From positions 1 through 34,090 of the IMG/VR virus record IMGVR_UViG_3300012347_000486: a DNA stretch of 34,090 nucleotides; one strand, given 5' to 3'. Below, piece after piece: positions 1 to 8,293 of the stretch. The notes beneath the pieces were generated by a model. That model was given only the letters and a program-made list of their open reading frames with translations. It was not told where the DNA came from and did no database searches. The DNA is from a virus (Duplodnaviria; Caudoviricetes). Made by a program: the position numbers and the translations under genes. The number at the start of each line of letters is the position of its first letter. Within the stretch, counting starts at the first letter, position 1.

Positions 1-14
1 TTCGGAGTTGGAGA

Positions 15-185
15 ATGAAACAATTCGACATTACTGTCAAGATTCGTGTCACTGTACTTGATGGTGACCAACAGGCTCAACATGAAGAGGCTAAGATTAT
101 TGCCGGACAATATGCCCAGATGGCTCTTACATATAAAAGCATCGGTGCTGATAAAATTGTTCGCGTCGATGTGGAGGAAGTATGA
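15..185 (+). CDS. hypothetical protein (56 aa)
   Basis: ATG at 15 after GGAG, open to TGA 183-185, overlaps next ATG (ATGA coupling); below the ORF-track size cutoff. Confidence 0.65.
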   Translation: MKQFDITVKIRVTVLDGDQQAQHEEAKIIAGQYAQMALTYKSIGADKIVRVDVEEV

Positions 186-439
186 ACGAACGAATTAAAG
201 AACTTGATAAGCAGGCTAAACTCTGGGCGATGGATAATACTAATTTTCCAATATCGTCACATATTCCTGCTGGTTATACAGAAAAGTTCGCCGAGTTGAT
301 CATCCAAGATTGTACTAAAGTGTGTGCAGATAATGGAATGCGTGCTGGTGGTGCTGGTACTATCGTTGGTGAGACGTTCCTAGATGCATCCAAGTTGATC
401 AGAGGCAACTTCGGATTAGATACGTTTGGATTGTACTAA
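182..439 (+). CDS. hypothetical protein, MNERI..FAELI.EC..FG paralog family
   Basis: GGAGG RBS; shares N-terminal, FAELI and C-terminal FG motifs with 439..660, 949..1131 and 1398..1649. Confidence 0.8.
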   Translation: MNERIKELDKQAKLWAMDNTNFPISSHIPAGYTEKFAELIIQDCTKVCADNGMRAGGAGTIVGETFLDASKLIRGNFGLDTFGLY

Positions 440-660
440 TGAACGAACTGACCAAAGAATTGGCTGAGCAAGCTGGCGGACACTATCCAAATGGCATATA
501 CCCAAAGGCAGTAATGTTCTATCCACATGAGTTGGAGATGTTTGTTGAGTTGATTGTGCAGGAGTGTGTGAATGTTGGTAGTCTGTCGTGGTTATCGGAC
601 AATTCAAAAGTGCCGACGTTCCCTGCTAAGCAGATTAAAGAACACTTTGGAGTGAAGTAA
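439..660 (+). CDS. hypothetical protein, same paralog family
   Basis: MNELTKELAEQA...FVELIVQEC...IKEHFGVK; TAATG coupling. Confidence 0.8.
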   Translation: MNELTKELAEQAGGHYPNGIYPKAVMFYPHELEMFVELIVQECVNVGSLSWLSDNSKVPTFPAKQIKEHFGVK

Positions 661-794
661 TGTTGATTTTTATTGGTTGTTTGTTTATTGGTGTTGCTGG
701 TGCGTTGTTGCATGAGGTGCCTCTTCTTAGGTTCCTCGCAGCAATGATGTTGTTGTCGGCTGGCCAGGTGTTTTTGGCATTGGGGCTGAAGTGA
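660..794 (+). CDS. small membrane protein (44 aa)
   Basis: TAATG overlap with previous stop; almost entirely hydrophobic; stop overlaps next GTG. Confidence 0.55.
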   Translation: MLIFIGCLFIGVAGALLHEVPLLRFLAAMMLLSAGQVFLALGLK

Positions 795-952
795 ACGAAC
801 AGTGGTGGATAGTTAGAGTATATGATGCTGGATCACGATCCTTTACCGAACTGAGCAAGTTTGGCGAATTGCAGAATATAATTGATGAGTTGAAGGAAGA
901 CGGTCTTTGGGAGTTTGTTTCAGCAATACCAGAGCCAGAGGAGTGGCAATGA
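791..952 (+). CDS. hypothetical protein (53 aa)
   Basis: GTGA coupling at 791, open to TGA 950-952, fills the gap between coupled genes. Confidence 0.55.
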   Translation: MNEQWWIVRVYDAGSRSFTELSKFGELQNIIDELKEDGLWEFVSAIPEPEEWQ

Positions 953-1131
953 ACGAAATAATTAAGCAATTGGCCGATCAAGCGACCGTGGTTGAGCATG
1001 GTGCGGACAACGGATTTGACCGAGTGGTCTTCGATGAAACGTTGTTTGCTGAGCTGATTGTGCGGGAATGTGCATCGTTGGCATATGATGGGCCAGCGGG
1101 CATCTTGGAACACTTCGGGATCACAGAATGA
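949..1131 (+). CDS. hypothetical protein, same paralog family
   Basis: GAGGAG RBS before ATG 949; MNEIIKQLADQA...FAELIVREC...EHFGITE. Confidence 0.8.
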   Translation: MNEIIKQLADQATVVEHGADNGFDRVVFDETLFAELIVRECASLAYDGPAGILEHFGITE

Positions 1132-1394
1132 ATATTTTGATTTGGAAATCTTATGGTGACATTCGTGTGTATGATGTGTCCACGCCTGAAAAACTAAAGG
1201 CCCAGATTGAGGATGCGGTCGTCTGCGTTCAAGGCTGGGGGTTAGATAAGACTGTTGATGTGGTGTCGAGTCATATTGAAAAGTTTCCTGACGACATTAA
1301 GGAACTGACTAGAGCATTCAACACTATCAAAAACGCGGTCAATCCCGGATCTCACGAAATGTTCGAAGATTTTTATATTGGCAAGCTGGAGTAG
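1128..1394 (+). CDS. hypothetical protein
   Basis: ATGA-coupled ORF in a dense + strand run. Confidence 0.75.
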   Translation: MNILIWKSYGDIRVYDVSTPEKLKAQIEDAVVCVQGWGLDKTVDVVSSHIEKFPDDIKELTRAFNTIKNAVNPGSHEMFEDFYIGKLE

Positions 1395-1397
1395 GAA

Positions 1398-1649
1398 ATG
1401 AATGATCGAATCAGGGGGCTTGAGAAGCAGGCAACAGAGATTGTGAGGTGCGGGTTGAACGGTACTTCTACAGCAGAAGTGTTCGATCGTAAGAAGTTCG
1501 CCGAGCTGATTGTGAAGGAGTGTATTAAAACGATAGAAGAACAATTCACTCGTCATTCCGTTACAAGGTCTGTGAGAAATACTGACTATAATATTGGGTT
1601 GTCTACCGCAGTTGAAGCGATAGAAGAGCATTTCGGAGTGACAGAATGA
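1398..1649 (+). CDS. hypothetical protein, same paralog family
   Basis: MNDRIRGLEKQA...KFAELIVKEC...IEEHFGVTE. Confidence 0.8.
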   Translation: MNDRIRGLEKQATEIVRCGLNGTSTAEVFDRKKFAELIVKECIKTIEEQFTRHSVTRSVRNTDYNIGLSTAVEAIEEHFGVTE

Positions 1650-1873
1650 CGTTTGAGCAACAAATCCAGCGTAAGTTGAAGGTAATTGAGAAGCATCAGT
1701 TGGAATTGAAGCAACTGTATGCACAATGTACGCATGAAGGGACGATGGAAGAGAAATCTTCGTACTTCTCCGGAAGCTATAATGACACGGCATACACGTC
1801 GTATTGGTCACAATGTCGTCTTTGTGGGCATAGGACGCCGTACACAACGAAGGATCACTCATATTATGGATAA
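1646..1873 (+). CDS. hypothetical protein, possible Zn-binding (CxH...CxxC)
   Basis: ATGA coupling; CTH and CRLC motifs. Confidence 0.7.
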   Translation: MTFEQQIQRKLKVIEKHQLELKQLYAQCTHEGTMEEKSSYFSGSYNDTAYTSYWSQCRLCGHRTPYTTKDHSYYG

Positions 1874-2042
1874 TCAACTAGAAGATCAGATTAAGCAGTA
1901 CCTGAGGGACAATCTTAGGCTTGACACTAGGACAGATTCCGTGTACAATGGTGGATTCGCTAGTGGTGGTCAGATGTATGATCAACGCCATAGCGTGCAA
2001 TTGATCCTAGCCGGTGAAATCATCAGTGAAGTGACATTATGA
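1866..2042 (+). CDS. hypothetical protein
   Basis: start shortened to ATG 1866 (AAGGA upstream); coupled to neighbours. Confidence 0.65.
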   Translation: MDNQLEDQIKQYLRDNLRLDTRTDSVYNGGFASGGQMYDQRHSVQLILAGEIISEVTL

Positions 2043-2248
2043 ACATTCAAACGGTAGCAGACAATCTGCGTAACACAATTGCTGGTAAGGAAGAAGCGTT
2101 GAAAAGAATGGTAGGCAACTACTGTATGTGGAGTGAAGGCGAGCGGTTGGCTATGGAAGCGACTCGGTCGTACTTAAAGATCAATATTGACGAGCTCACA
2201 CGCATCCTCAACGATGTTGAACAGTGCTTGCCCAAGGCTGCCAAATAA
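2039..2248 (+). CDS. hypothetical protein
   Basis: ATGA coupling; predicted helical. Confidence 0.7.
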   Translation: MNIQTVADNLRNTIAGKEEALKRMVGNYCMWSEGERLAMEATRSYLKINIDELTRILNDVEQCLPKAAK

Positions 2249-2412
2249 TGTTCAGACCGTATATCAGATATGTTGACCATTTGTGGTATCCGATATTGAT
2301 ACCGTCCGGTGGTGGCCACCGTATTGTGGAGATGCTCGGTGCAGATGTAAATGCGTGGAATGATAGGTTGCACAGACAATATCCAGTTAGAATACCAATG
2401 GGGTGCATATAG
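2248..2412 (+). CDS. hypothetical protein
   Basis: TAATG coupling at 2248. Confidence 0.5.
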   Translation: MFRPYIRYVDHLWYPILIPSGGGHRIVEMLGADVNAWNDRLHRQYPVRIPMGCI

Positions 2413-2429
2413 CACAAAGAAACATCATT

Positions 2430-2774
2430 ATGAATAAAATCAAACAATTCCTCATCACAGTCCTGGCATCAGCAGAACTCCATATTTCACTAGCAATACT
2501 GAACTACAGCATCTTCACATATAGGATGATGACAGATACAATAACAGTATGGCATACAATAACACTAGCAACCGCAATGGGATCAACAATGATCGCAGTA
2601 TGGTTAATAGAACAAAAGCAGAAGGCAGTACTAAAGAATATAACAGAATCAGTATACAATCTAGTACAGTACGAAGCTAATGTGAGACAACAAAATATAG
2701 ATGATCTATACGATACAGTAACAGAAGTAATAAAGATACAGAGTAGAGTAATAGACAAGCTAGCAAAGAAGTAA
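2430..2774 (+). CDS. hypothetical membrane protein (2 TM segments plus coiled-coil-like tail)
   Basis: ATG 2430; two hydrophobic segments; strongly A-biased codon usage. Confidence 0.6.
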   Translation: MNKIKQFLITVLASAELHISLAILNYSIFTYRMMTDTITVWHTITLATAMGSTMIAVWLIEQKQKAVLKNITESVYNLVQYEANVRQQNIDDLYDTVTEVIKIQSRVIDKLAKK

Positions 2775-2822
2775 ACAGATAGGGAGCTCCGCATAGGGGC
2801 TCTTCCTACGTCCGGGCCTAGG

Positions 2823-3216
2823 CCAAACACATTTTGGATTATCACGACATCCAACAGGATTTTGGATTCGCTGGTGGATTCGCCCGTCCTTTTAACTCTC
2901 GGACCAAAAGTTATGCACAGGTTATGCAATTTGTGCGGAAAAAGATGTGGGAAATGTATAGAATTCCGCTGAAACTTCCTGGATCACGTGGCGTCTATTG
3001 CGTGATCTAAACGCAGGACACGCTGGAGTACCAGGAGGATTCGCGATCGCTTCTGCACGGTTCTGACGCGTTTAAACCCTATGCATAACCTGTGCATAAC
3101 TCAGGACATCCAAACAGATTTTGGCCAAACGACTTTTGGATATACGCTGCACATACACTGTACCATCCTGCACGGTACTAGAACATCCAAACAGATTTTG
3201 GCCAAACGTACTTTGG
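2823..3216. repeat. six CCAAA-N5-TTTGG palindromic sites
   Basis: 2823-2837, 2851-2865 (CCAAC variant), 3110-3124, 3125-3139, 3187-3201, 3202-3216. Confidence 0.85.
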
Positions 3217-3694
3217 ATTCCAGCACGTCTCAGCACAGTACAACGGCCACAGTACAATCCTGAGGAAAAAATCCCCAGGCGAAAGTGAACAACTTTACGC
3301 TAAGTCGAACAGCTCATGTGACTCTGCTGCGGGGATGTAGAAGTCACTCTGAGGGTTATAGTACTGCCCAGCCTTGGGATCATAGTAGTACACCTGACCA
3401 GCTCGGCTCCAGAACGGTCCTTCCAGTCCAGGACGTTCCTGGTACTTGCTGCGCTGCTCTGGATCAATATTCAATACGACGTAGCCCATTGCTGCTTCCT
3501 GTTCTGCTGTGTGTGGATAACTTTGTGAGTATCCTGTGGATAACCTGTGCATAACTTTCTGGACACAAACTAGCTACTTCCAGCCCTGTGCAGCACATCC
3601 TAGCCCGTAGCAAAAAAGTGCCATGGCTCAAAAGTGCTACTCGGTGGCTGGAAAGTGCTACTCTGTGCATAACCTGTGCATAACGTTATGCACA
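2911..3694. promoter_or_regulatory. cluster of DnaA-box matches (TTATNCACA); candidate origin or genome-end element
   Basis: matches start at 2911, 3091, 3512, 3535, 3546, 3664, 3675, 3686; those at 3512 and 3535 are TGTGGATAA (= TTATCCACA); several are 11 bp apart. Confidence 0.65.
3295..3489 (-). CDS. small phage protein with YYYDPKxGQYY motif (64 aa)
   Basis: ATG at 3489 preceded on the - strand by CAGAACAGGAAG, resembling the early-cassette leader; protein-like aromatic motif. Confidence 0.7.
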   Translation of the reverse strand: MGYVVLNIDPEQRSKYQERPGLEGPFWSRAGQVYYYDPKAGQYYNPQSDFYIPAAESHELFDLA

Positions 3695-3863
3695 TGGATA
3701 TTCTTTGCTACTTGGTAGCACGAAAGTGTCACCGTAGCTACAATTAGCCATACAGTAGCCATTATAGCCCATTAGCAGCTATAAAGACCCATATATGGCA
3801 TTTTAGTATCAGAGTGGCTATTTTGTTTCCAGATCGATTTCCTATGCATTTCGAAGGTTTGTC

Positions 3864-3892
3864 ATTGTACAATGACCAAGCGCACAAGTCAA
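3864..3892 (-). promoter_or_regulatory. leftward sigma70-type promoter
   Basis: - strand TTGACT-17 bp-TACAAT; its -10 lies within the 16-bp palindrome GTCATTGTACAATGAC (3861-3876). Confidence 0.6.
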
Positions 3893-4042
3893 CAGCTGAA
3901 TAATGAGCTTACAAATTGGTAGGGATTCTGTTGACCAAGTTGAAAAATGGTGTACAATGGGTAGCGGGAGGATCCCGAAGTTTGCTGGAATTGCTTTGGC
4001 GCGCAGCCGCCGTCCATCCCAGTCCTGCTTTCGAATGCCTCT

Positions 4043-4072
4043 ATTATACATCCAGATGTTCTGGTTGGTCAA
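4043..4072 (-). promoter_or_regulatory. leftward sigma70-type promoter
   Basis: - strand TTGACC-18 bp-TATAAT, back-to-back with the rightward promoter at 4119. Confidence 0.5.
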
Positions 4073-4176
4073 CTTTTTAATAATGTCCTGACGTTCTAGT
4101 AGGGTATTAAAATAAATGTTGACCAAAGTCTGAAATGTGCTATACTGAGCTCATCAACAACAACTGGAGTATTAGC

Positions 4177-4428
4177 ATGAGCACAAAGACACGTTCAGCA
4201 GCACGCATGGTGTGTGAAGCCGTTGGCAAGGGTCACGTGATATTTAATGACAAGATGGCCGATGGCCGCCGCAGCTTGAAGGTCTGGGGCTGGGGTGAGG
4301 CTGAGTATTACCATGCTAAGTCAATGCTCGAAGTGATGGGCTGCACAGTCAAGCTAATTGTGAAAGAGCGTTTCGATGCTCGCTGGGGTGGCAACATCAT
4401 CGTGCGCCGCTTACACGTAACTGAATAA
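4177..4428 (+). CDS. early hypothetical protein
   Basis: GGAG RBS from the promoter module; ATG 4177. Confidence 0.8.
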   Translation: MSTKTRSAARMVCEAVGKGHVIFNDKMADGRRSLKVWGWGEAEYYHAKSMLEVMGCTVKLIVKERFDARWGGNIIVRRLHVTE

Positions 4429-4528
4429 GAAGTCAACGGTTACTGAATAACCTTGCCCGGTGTAGGGTTATTCGTTGACCGAGATTTGAATTGTGCTATA
4501 CTGGGCGCAACAACAACAGGAGTATGAC

Positions 4529-4741
4529 ATGACACAGACATATAAGATTGGTGATGAGGTGGGCTACGGTTTCAACGGTGACCGATACTCTGCTGGTAAG
4601 ATTGTGAAAATCACTGCACGATTCATTCACACCGACCAGGGCGACAAGTTCACCAAGAGCGGTGAGTACTACCACAAGACAGGCATGAAGGGCTGGACAA
4701 TGAGCTTGGGCAGCCACGAGAAACAAAATCCTCACTTTTAA
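4529..4741 (+). CDS. early hypothetical protein, possibly SH3/KOW-like beta fold
   Basis: module RBS; YKIGDEV...GKIVKIT pattern. Confidence 0.8.
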   Translation: MTQTYKIGDEVGYGFNGDRYSAGKIVKITARFIHTDQGDKFTKSGEYYHKTGMKGWTMSLGSHEKQNPHF

Positions 4742-4758
4742 TCAGCTGGAGAGATATC

Positions 4759-4938
4759 ATGGCAAAGAAAATCACACAAGAGCGCGCAGACGAGATTCTG
4801 GAGCAGCTAGACGAGATCTATAATGAGCTGTTCGCGGCTGGGCTGACTTCACAGGGCAACACAGCGATGGGGCTCTGTGATGAGCTGGTCGACGTGTTTG
4901 AAGAACAAGCAAATAACACTAACCCATTCTCGGAGTAA
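4759..4938 (+). CDS. hypothetical acidic protein (59 aa)
   Basis: GGAG RBS, ATG 4759, TAA 4936-4938; absent from the track because of its size. Confidence 0.7.
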   Translation: MAKKITQERADEILEQLDEIYNELFAAGLTSQGNTAMGLCDELVDVFEEQANNTNPFSE

Positions 4939-4945
4939 AGTCAAC

Positions 4946-5113
4946 ATGCCACTCGCACAATTCAACCAAATCATCTCCCTGCAGCGATCTGAGAGGATGC
5001 TGCTGCAAGCAATCGAACGCTCGAGTGCTATTGGTCACAAAAAGCAAGCTCAGTATCTGAGTGAGCAACTTACTACAACAAGATCGATGATCAGTCAACT
5101 GCAAAATCAATAA
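4946..5113 (+). CDS. hypothetical protein
   Basis: GGAG upstream of ATG 4946. Confidence 0.6.
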   Translation: MPLAQFNQIISLQRSERMLLQAIERSSAIGHKKQAQYLSEQLTTTRSMISQLQNQ

Positions 5114-5201
5114 CCTTACAGTTTGGTCAGGAATTAAAATAATTGTTGACCAAACTTTGTGAGCCGTTATAATAGACGCATCAACAACAGGAGTAGATGA
5201 A

Positions 5202-5609
5202 ATGACAGTCAATTTGAAAATCGAGAATCAGCCAATCGGCAGCGACCAGACACCATCGCACATGGTATCGAAGACGGTGATGAAAGTATTCGACAATCCG
5301 AAACTAGTCGCTGCGTGGATGATGCTAAGCATGCTGGAGGGGCACATCGACATGTGCGCCGATTATAAAATGACAACAGCTGAAATCGAAGGCTTGCTGT
5401 CTGCACAAGCACTACGCGAATGCACAAAAGACATGTTCACCGACTACATCGACTGTTTGCGTGCATCCGTCGACGCAGTAATCGCTGATCCAGAATTCTG
5501 CAAGACTGCTATCAAATCGATGACAATGGCACGCAACGACGATGGCACATATGCACTCGACGATGCTGTGGTCGATCTGACATTCGATTTCAAAGGCACT
5601 CGCACGTAA
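5202..5609 (+). CDS. early hypothetical protein
   Basis: module promoter and RBS. Confidence 0.85.
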   Translation: MTVNLKIENQPIGSDQTPSHMVSKTVMKVFDNPKLVAAWMMLSMLEGHIDMCADYKMTTAEIEGLLSAQALRECTKDMFTDYIDCLRASVDAVIADPEFCKTAIKSMTMARNDDGTYALDDAVVDLTFDFKGTRT

Positions 5610-5707
5610 AAAGTCAACAGGGCAATAATAACCTTACAGTTCAGTACGGTATGTGTTGCCCAGTTGACCAAAGTCACAGATAATAGAGTCATCAACAACA
5701 GGAGTAG

Positions 5708-6292
5708 ATGATGTATAAAATCGCTGAGTATGATCTGGAGCAGATCGGTCGCAACGGAATGGGTTCGATTCGCTGCAAGGTGACTGGATTCTGGAGCGGA
5801 GATTCGGTCACTCTATATGCCAGCCGTGACTTCGGCAGGGGCTGGAAGTTTACGATATCCAATTCCTCCGGCGGCCGCGACACGGACGAGGTGGCAGACG
5901 ATATGGATGCATACAAGAATTTCGCTGCGGCAATGGATGCCATGTGCGATGTCGGCAAGATGCTCAAGATGAACGTGCCCGTGCTAGAAGCTGCATACGA
6001 AGCTCAACGAGCGATCGACCGAGCTGAGCATGAGGCTGAGAGAGCTGCACAAGCGGCTGCATTCGAAGCTGATGAGCGATTGGGCGATGTCGCTGCCACT
6101 CTGCTGGTAGATGAGATGGCCACCACAGGCAAATCCGTACGCGCTTTCCGCCGAGCAGACAACTGGGCAATTGAAGTCACAGTCGCTCGCCGGGAGAAAA
6201 CGAAATTCTATCATGCTGGCAGCACGATCTCCAAGAAGGAACTGATTGCCAAATTAGCTGAGTACTCACATCGGACAGCAATTTCCGAATAA
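5708..6292 (+). CDS. early hypothetical protein
   Basis: module promoter and RBS; 194 aa. Confidence 0.85.
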   Translation: MMYKIAEYDLEQIGRNGMGSIRCKVTGFWSGDSVTLYASRDFGRGWKFTISNSSGGRDTDEVADDMDAYKNFAAAMDAMCDVGKMLKMNVPVLEAAYEAQRAIDRAEHEAERAAQAAAFEADERLGDVAATLLVDEMATTGKSVRAFRRADNWAIEVTVARREKTKFYHAGSTISKKELIAKLAEYSHRTAISE

Positions 6293-6389
6293 AGTCAACA
6301 GCTGAATAATACCAGTACGGTTTGATTGGGTATTCGTTGACCGAGTGCCCAATTGAGCAGATAATTGAGTCATCACACAAAGGAATGAT

Positions 6390-6707
6390 ATGATTACAGA
6401 ACATGAATTTGAAGAGCTGTTGAACGAGAGCAGCACATCCGTCCTCGGTCGTTGGTTTGGTAACGGTACGATCTTGCGCAAGTGCGATCCTGTTTCATTC
6501 CACGTTGAGTATCACACGTACTGTGCATCAGTCGAAGATGCGATTGAAGAGGAGAAGGAGGCTGACAAATTGGAAGCTGCACTCGCTCTGCTCAATCTTT
6601 ACATCGACCGTGGTGTGGAGTATCCTGACGCGCTGTACAGAACGACAGTCCGTTATCATACAGTAAAGAAGGAGGAATTGCAACAAGCATATGATTCTCA
6701 ATTCTGA
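6390..6707 (+). CDS. early hypothetical protein
   Basis: module promoter; AAGGA RBS. Confidence 0.8.
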   Translation: MITEHEFEELLNESSTSVLGRWFGNGTILRKCDPVSFHVEYHTYCASVEDAIEEEKEADKLEAALALLNLYIDRGVEYPDALYRTTVRYHTVKKEELQQAYDSQF

Positions 6708-6779
6708 CCAAACCCGTTGACCTCTTGAGCAAGTGCTCATACAATTGATTTTCCACACAAACTGAATAGGATTTTTATC

Positions 6780-7106
6780 ATGACCAAAGCAATCGCAACC
6801 AAAGCCACCGCAACTAAGACAGCCGCTAAGCCACGTTCACGTGCTAAGAAGCCAGTCGCTGCACAGATCGTGACCAAAGCAACTGCTAAGGAAACAAAAG
6901 TGCTGGCCGTAGCCAAGGAAACAAAAGTGGCAAAGGTAGCTGCTGTTAAGGAAACAAAGGTTTCCAAGAAACAACTCGCAATGAACATCATGTCTGCAAA
7001 CAAAGACGCCAAGCGTTCAGACATCATGGGCAAGTTTATGTCCGAGCTGGGCATGAGCAAAGTTATGGCCAACACGTACTACTACAACGTCAAAGCCGCT
7101 CTGTAA
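6780..7106 (+). CDS. Lys/Ala-rich basic protein with C-terminal LxMxxxxAxTYYYN domain (paralog 1)
   Basis: KETKV repeats; C-terminus similar to 9526..9801 and 9878..10261. Confidence 0.85.
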   Translation: MTKAIATKATATKTAAKPRSRAKKPVAAQIVTKATAKETKVLAVAKETKVAKVAAVKETKVSKKQLAMNIMSANKDAKRSDIMGKFMSELGMSKVMANTYYYNVKAAL

Positions 7107-7137
7107 TCCATTTTTCAACCACTAGGAGTATCCTCAC

Positions 7138-7428
7138 ATGTACAAGAATTGTATCCCCAACAAGCTGTTCAACTTGTTGACCAAGACTGGCAAAGGCTTC
7201 ACGAACAGCCAGCTCGCTTCTAAGTTTGACACATCAGAAGTGCACATCCGCAATGCTGTACGAGCCATCCGTCAGACCGGAACTCCGGTTGTCAAGAAGG
7301 TGACGTTCGATAAGCGCACCAACAAGATGAACCCTGCCAAGTACTTCATCCCAGTGTCGCAAGACATCACAACGTTGGAAGATTGCCCGATCGGCCGTCC
7401 TTCACGAAAGTACGCTGTTCCAGCCTAA
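7138..7428 (+). CDS. putative winged-helix/HTH DNA-binding protein
   Basis: AGGAG RBS; TNSQLASKFDTSEVHIRNAVRAIRQTG is HTH-like. Confidence 0.65.
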   Translation: MYKNCIPNKLFNLLTKTGKGFTNSQLASKFDTSEVHIRNAVRAIRQTGTPVVKKVTFDKRTNKMNPAKYFIPVSQDITTLEDCPIGRPSRKYAVPA

Positions 7429-7446
7429 CAGGTCAACAGCTCCCGG

Positions 7447-7478
7447 AAAGCCCGATCGTTTTGGTCGGGCTTTTTTTT
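7447..7478 (+). terminator. intrinsic terminator
   Basis: AAAGCCCGATC/GGTCGGGCTTT stem followed by T8. Confidence 0.85.
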
Positions 7479-7539
7479 CGTTTGTTGACCAAAGGCTGCA
7501 CAGCCCTTATAATAGAGTCATCAACAACAGGAGTATACG

Positions 7540-7743
7540 ATGAACAAACATGAATTTGCAGCAGCTGCACATGCAGCAGTCGAGACGGTCACTAAGAGCG
7601 AAAGCAACTTCTACTGCGGTTCGCTGTTCGTACGATGCGACTCGCTTACCGCAGCGAAGATCAAGACAGCTTTGCGTGAGGCATTGGGCTGTGGTGTGGT
7701 CGTCAGCAAAGTCGGTCCAGAGTTTGCATTCGACTTCATCTAA
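7540..7743 (+). CDS. early hypothetical protein
   Basis: module promoter and RBS. Confidence 0.8.
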   Translation: MNKHEFAAAAHAAVETVTKSESNFYCGSLFVRCDSLTAAKIKTALREALGCGVVVSKVGPEFAFDFI

Positions 7744-7824
7744 GAGCTTACATTCTGGTTGGGTATTGCTTGACCAGACTGACGATCTCACAGATAATTG
7801 ACTCATCAACAACAGGAGAATGAT

Positions 7825-7989
7825 ATGGCAGCAGGACGAGCATCAGCAAAGCTGGTGGACATGGCAGAAGACGGAATTGTGAGCTGGGAGAAGCTGGCAC
7901 GTGACTTATTGGAATGGATGATGGAATCGGACGTTGAGCGCTTTGCAGAGATCAACGATTACTTCGAGACACCTGAGGAGGATGAGTAA
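7825..7989 (+). CDS. early hypothetical acidic protein
   Basis: module RBS before ATG 7825. Confidence 0.75.
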   Translation: MAAGRASAKLVDMAEDGIVSWEKLARDLLEWMMESDVERFAEINDYFETPEEDE

Positions 7990-8195
7990 TGTTTAAAGTT
8001 GGAACCAAAGTAGTCATCGAGAATGTTGAGTGCGAGGGCACCGTTGTCGGGCACGGATTCTATGAGTCTGCTCACTTCGTCACTATGCACCCAGCATACA
8101 TCATCCGCTTGGACAAAGGCCAGTGGACAGAAGACCGTAAGGCATTCATCGACACAATCGTTGTGCATCCTAATAATGTGCAGGAGGTTGAATAA
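7989..8195 (+). CDS. hypothetical protein, possibly SH3-like
   Basis: TAATG coupling; MFKVGTKV...GTVVG pattern. Confidence 0.75.
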   Translation: MFKVGTKVVIENVECEGTVVGHGFYESAHFVTMHPAYIIRLDKGQWTEDRKAFIDTIVVHPNNVQEVE

Positions 8196-8293
8196 TAAGT
8201 CAACGGTTGCTTAATACCCTTACACACCGTAGGGGTATTAGTTGACCGAGTGCCCAAGTGCCCTTATAATAGAGTCATCAACAACAGGAGTAT

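Noticed and set aside
3072-3554. ORFs 3072..3257, 3081..3263 and 3285..3554
   Set aside because: They run through the repeat/DnaA-box region or lie antisense to the better-supported 3295..3489 gene, with no RBS.
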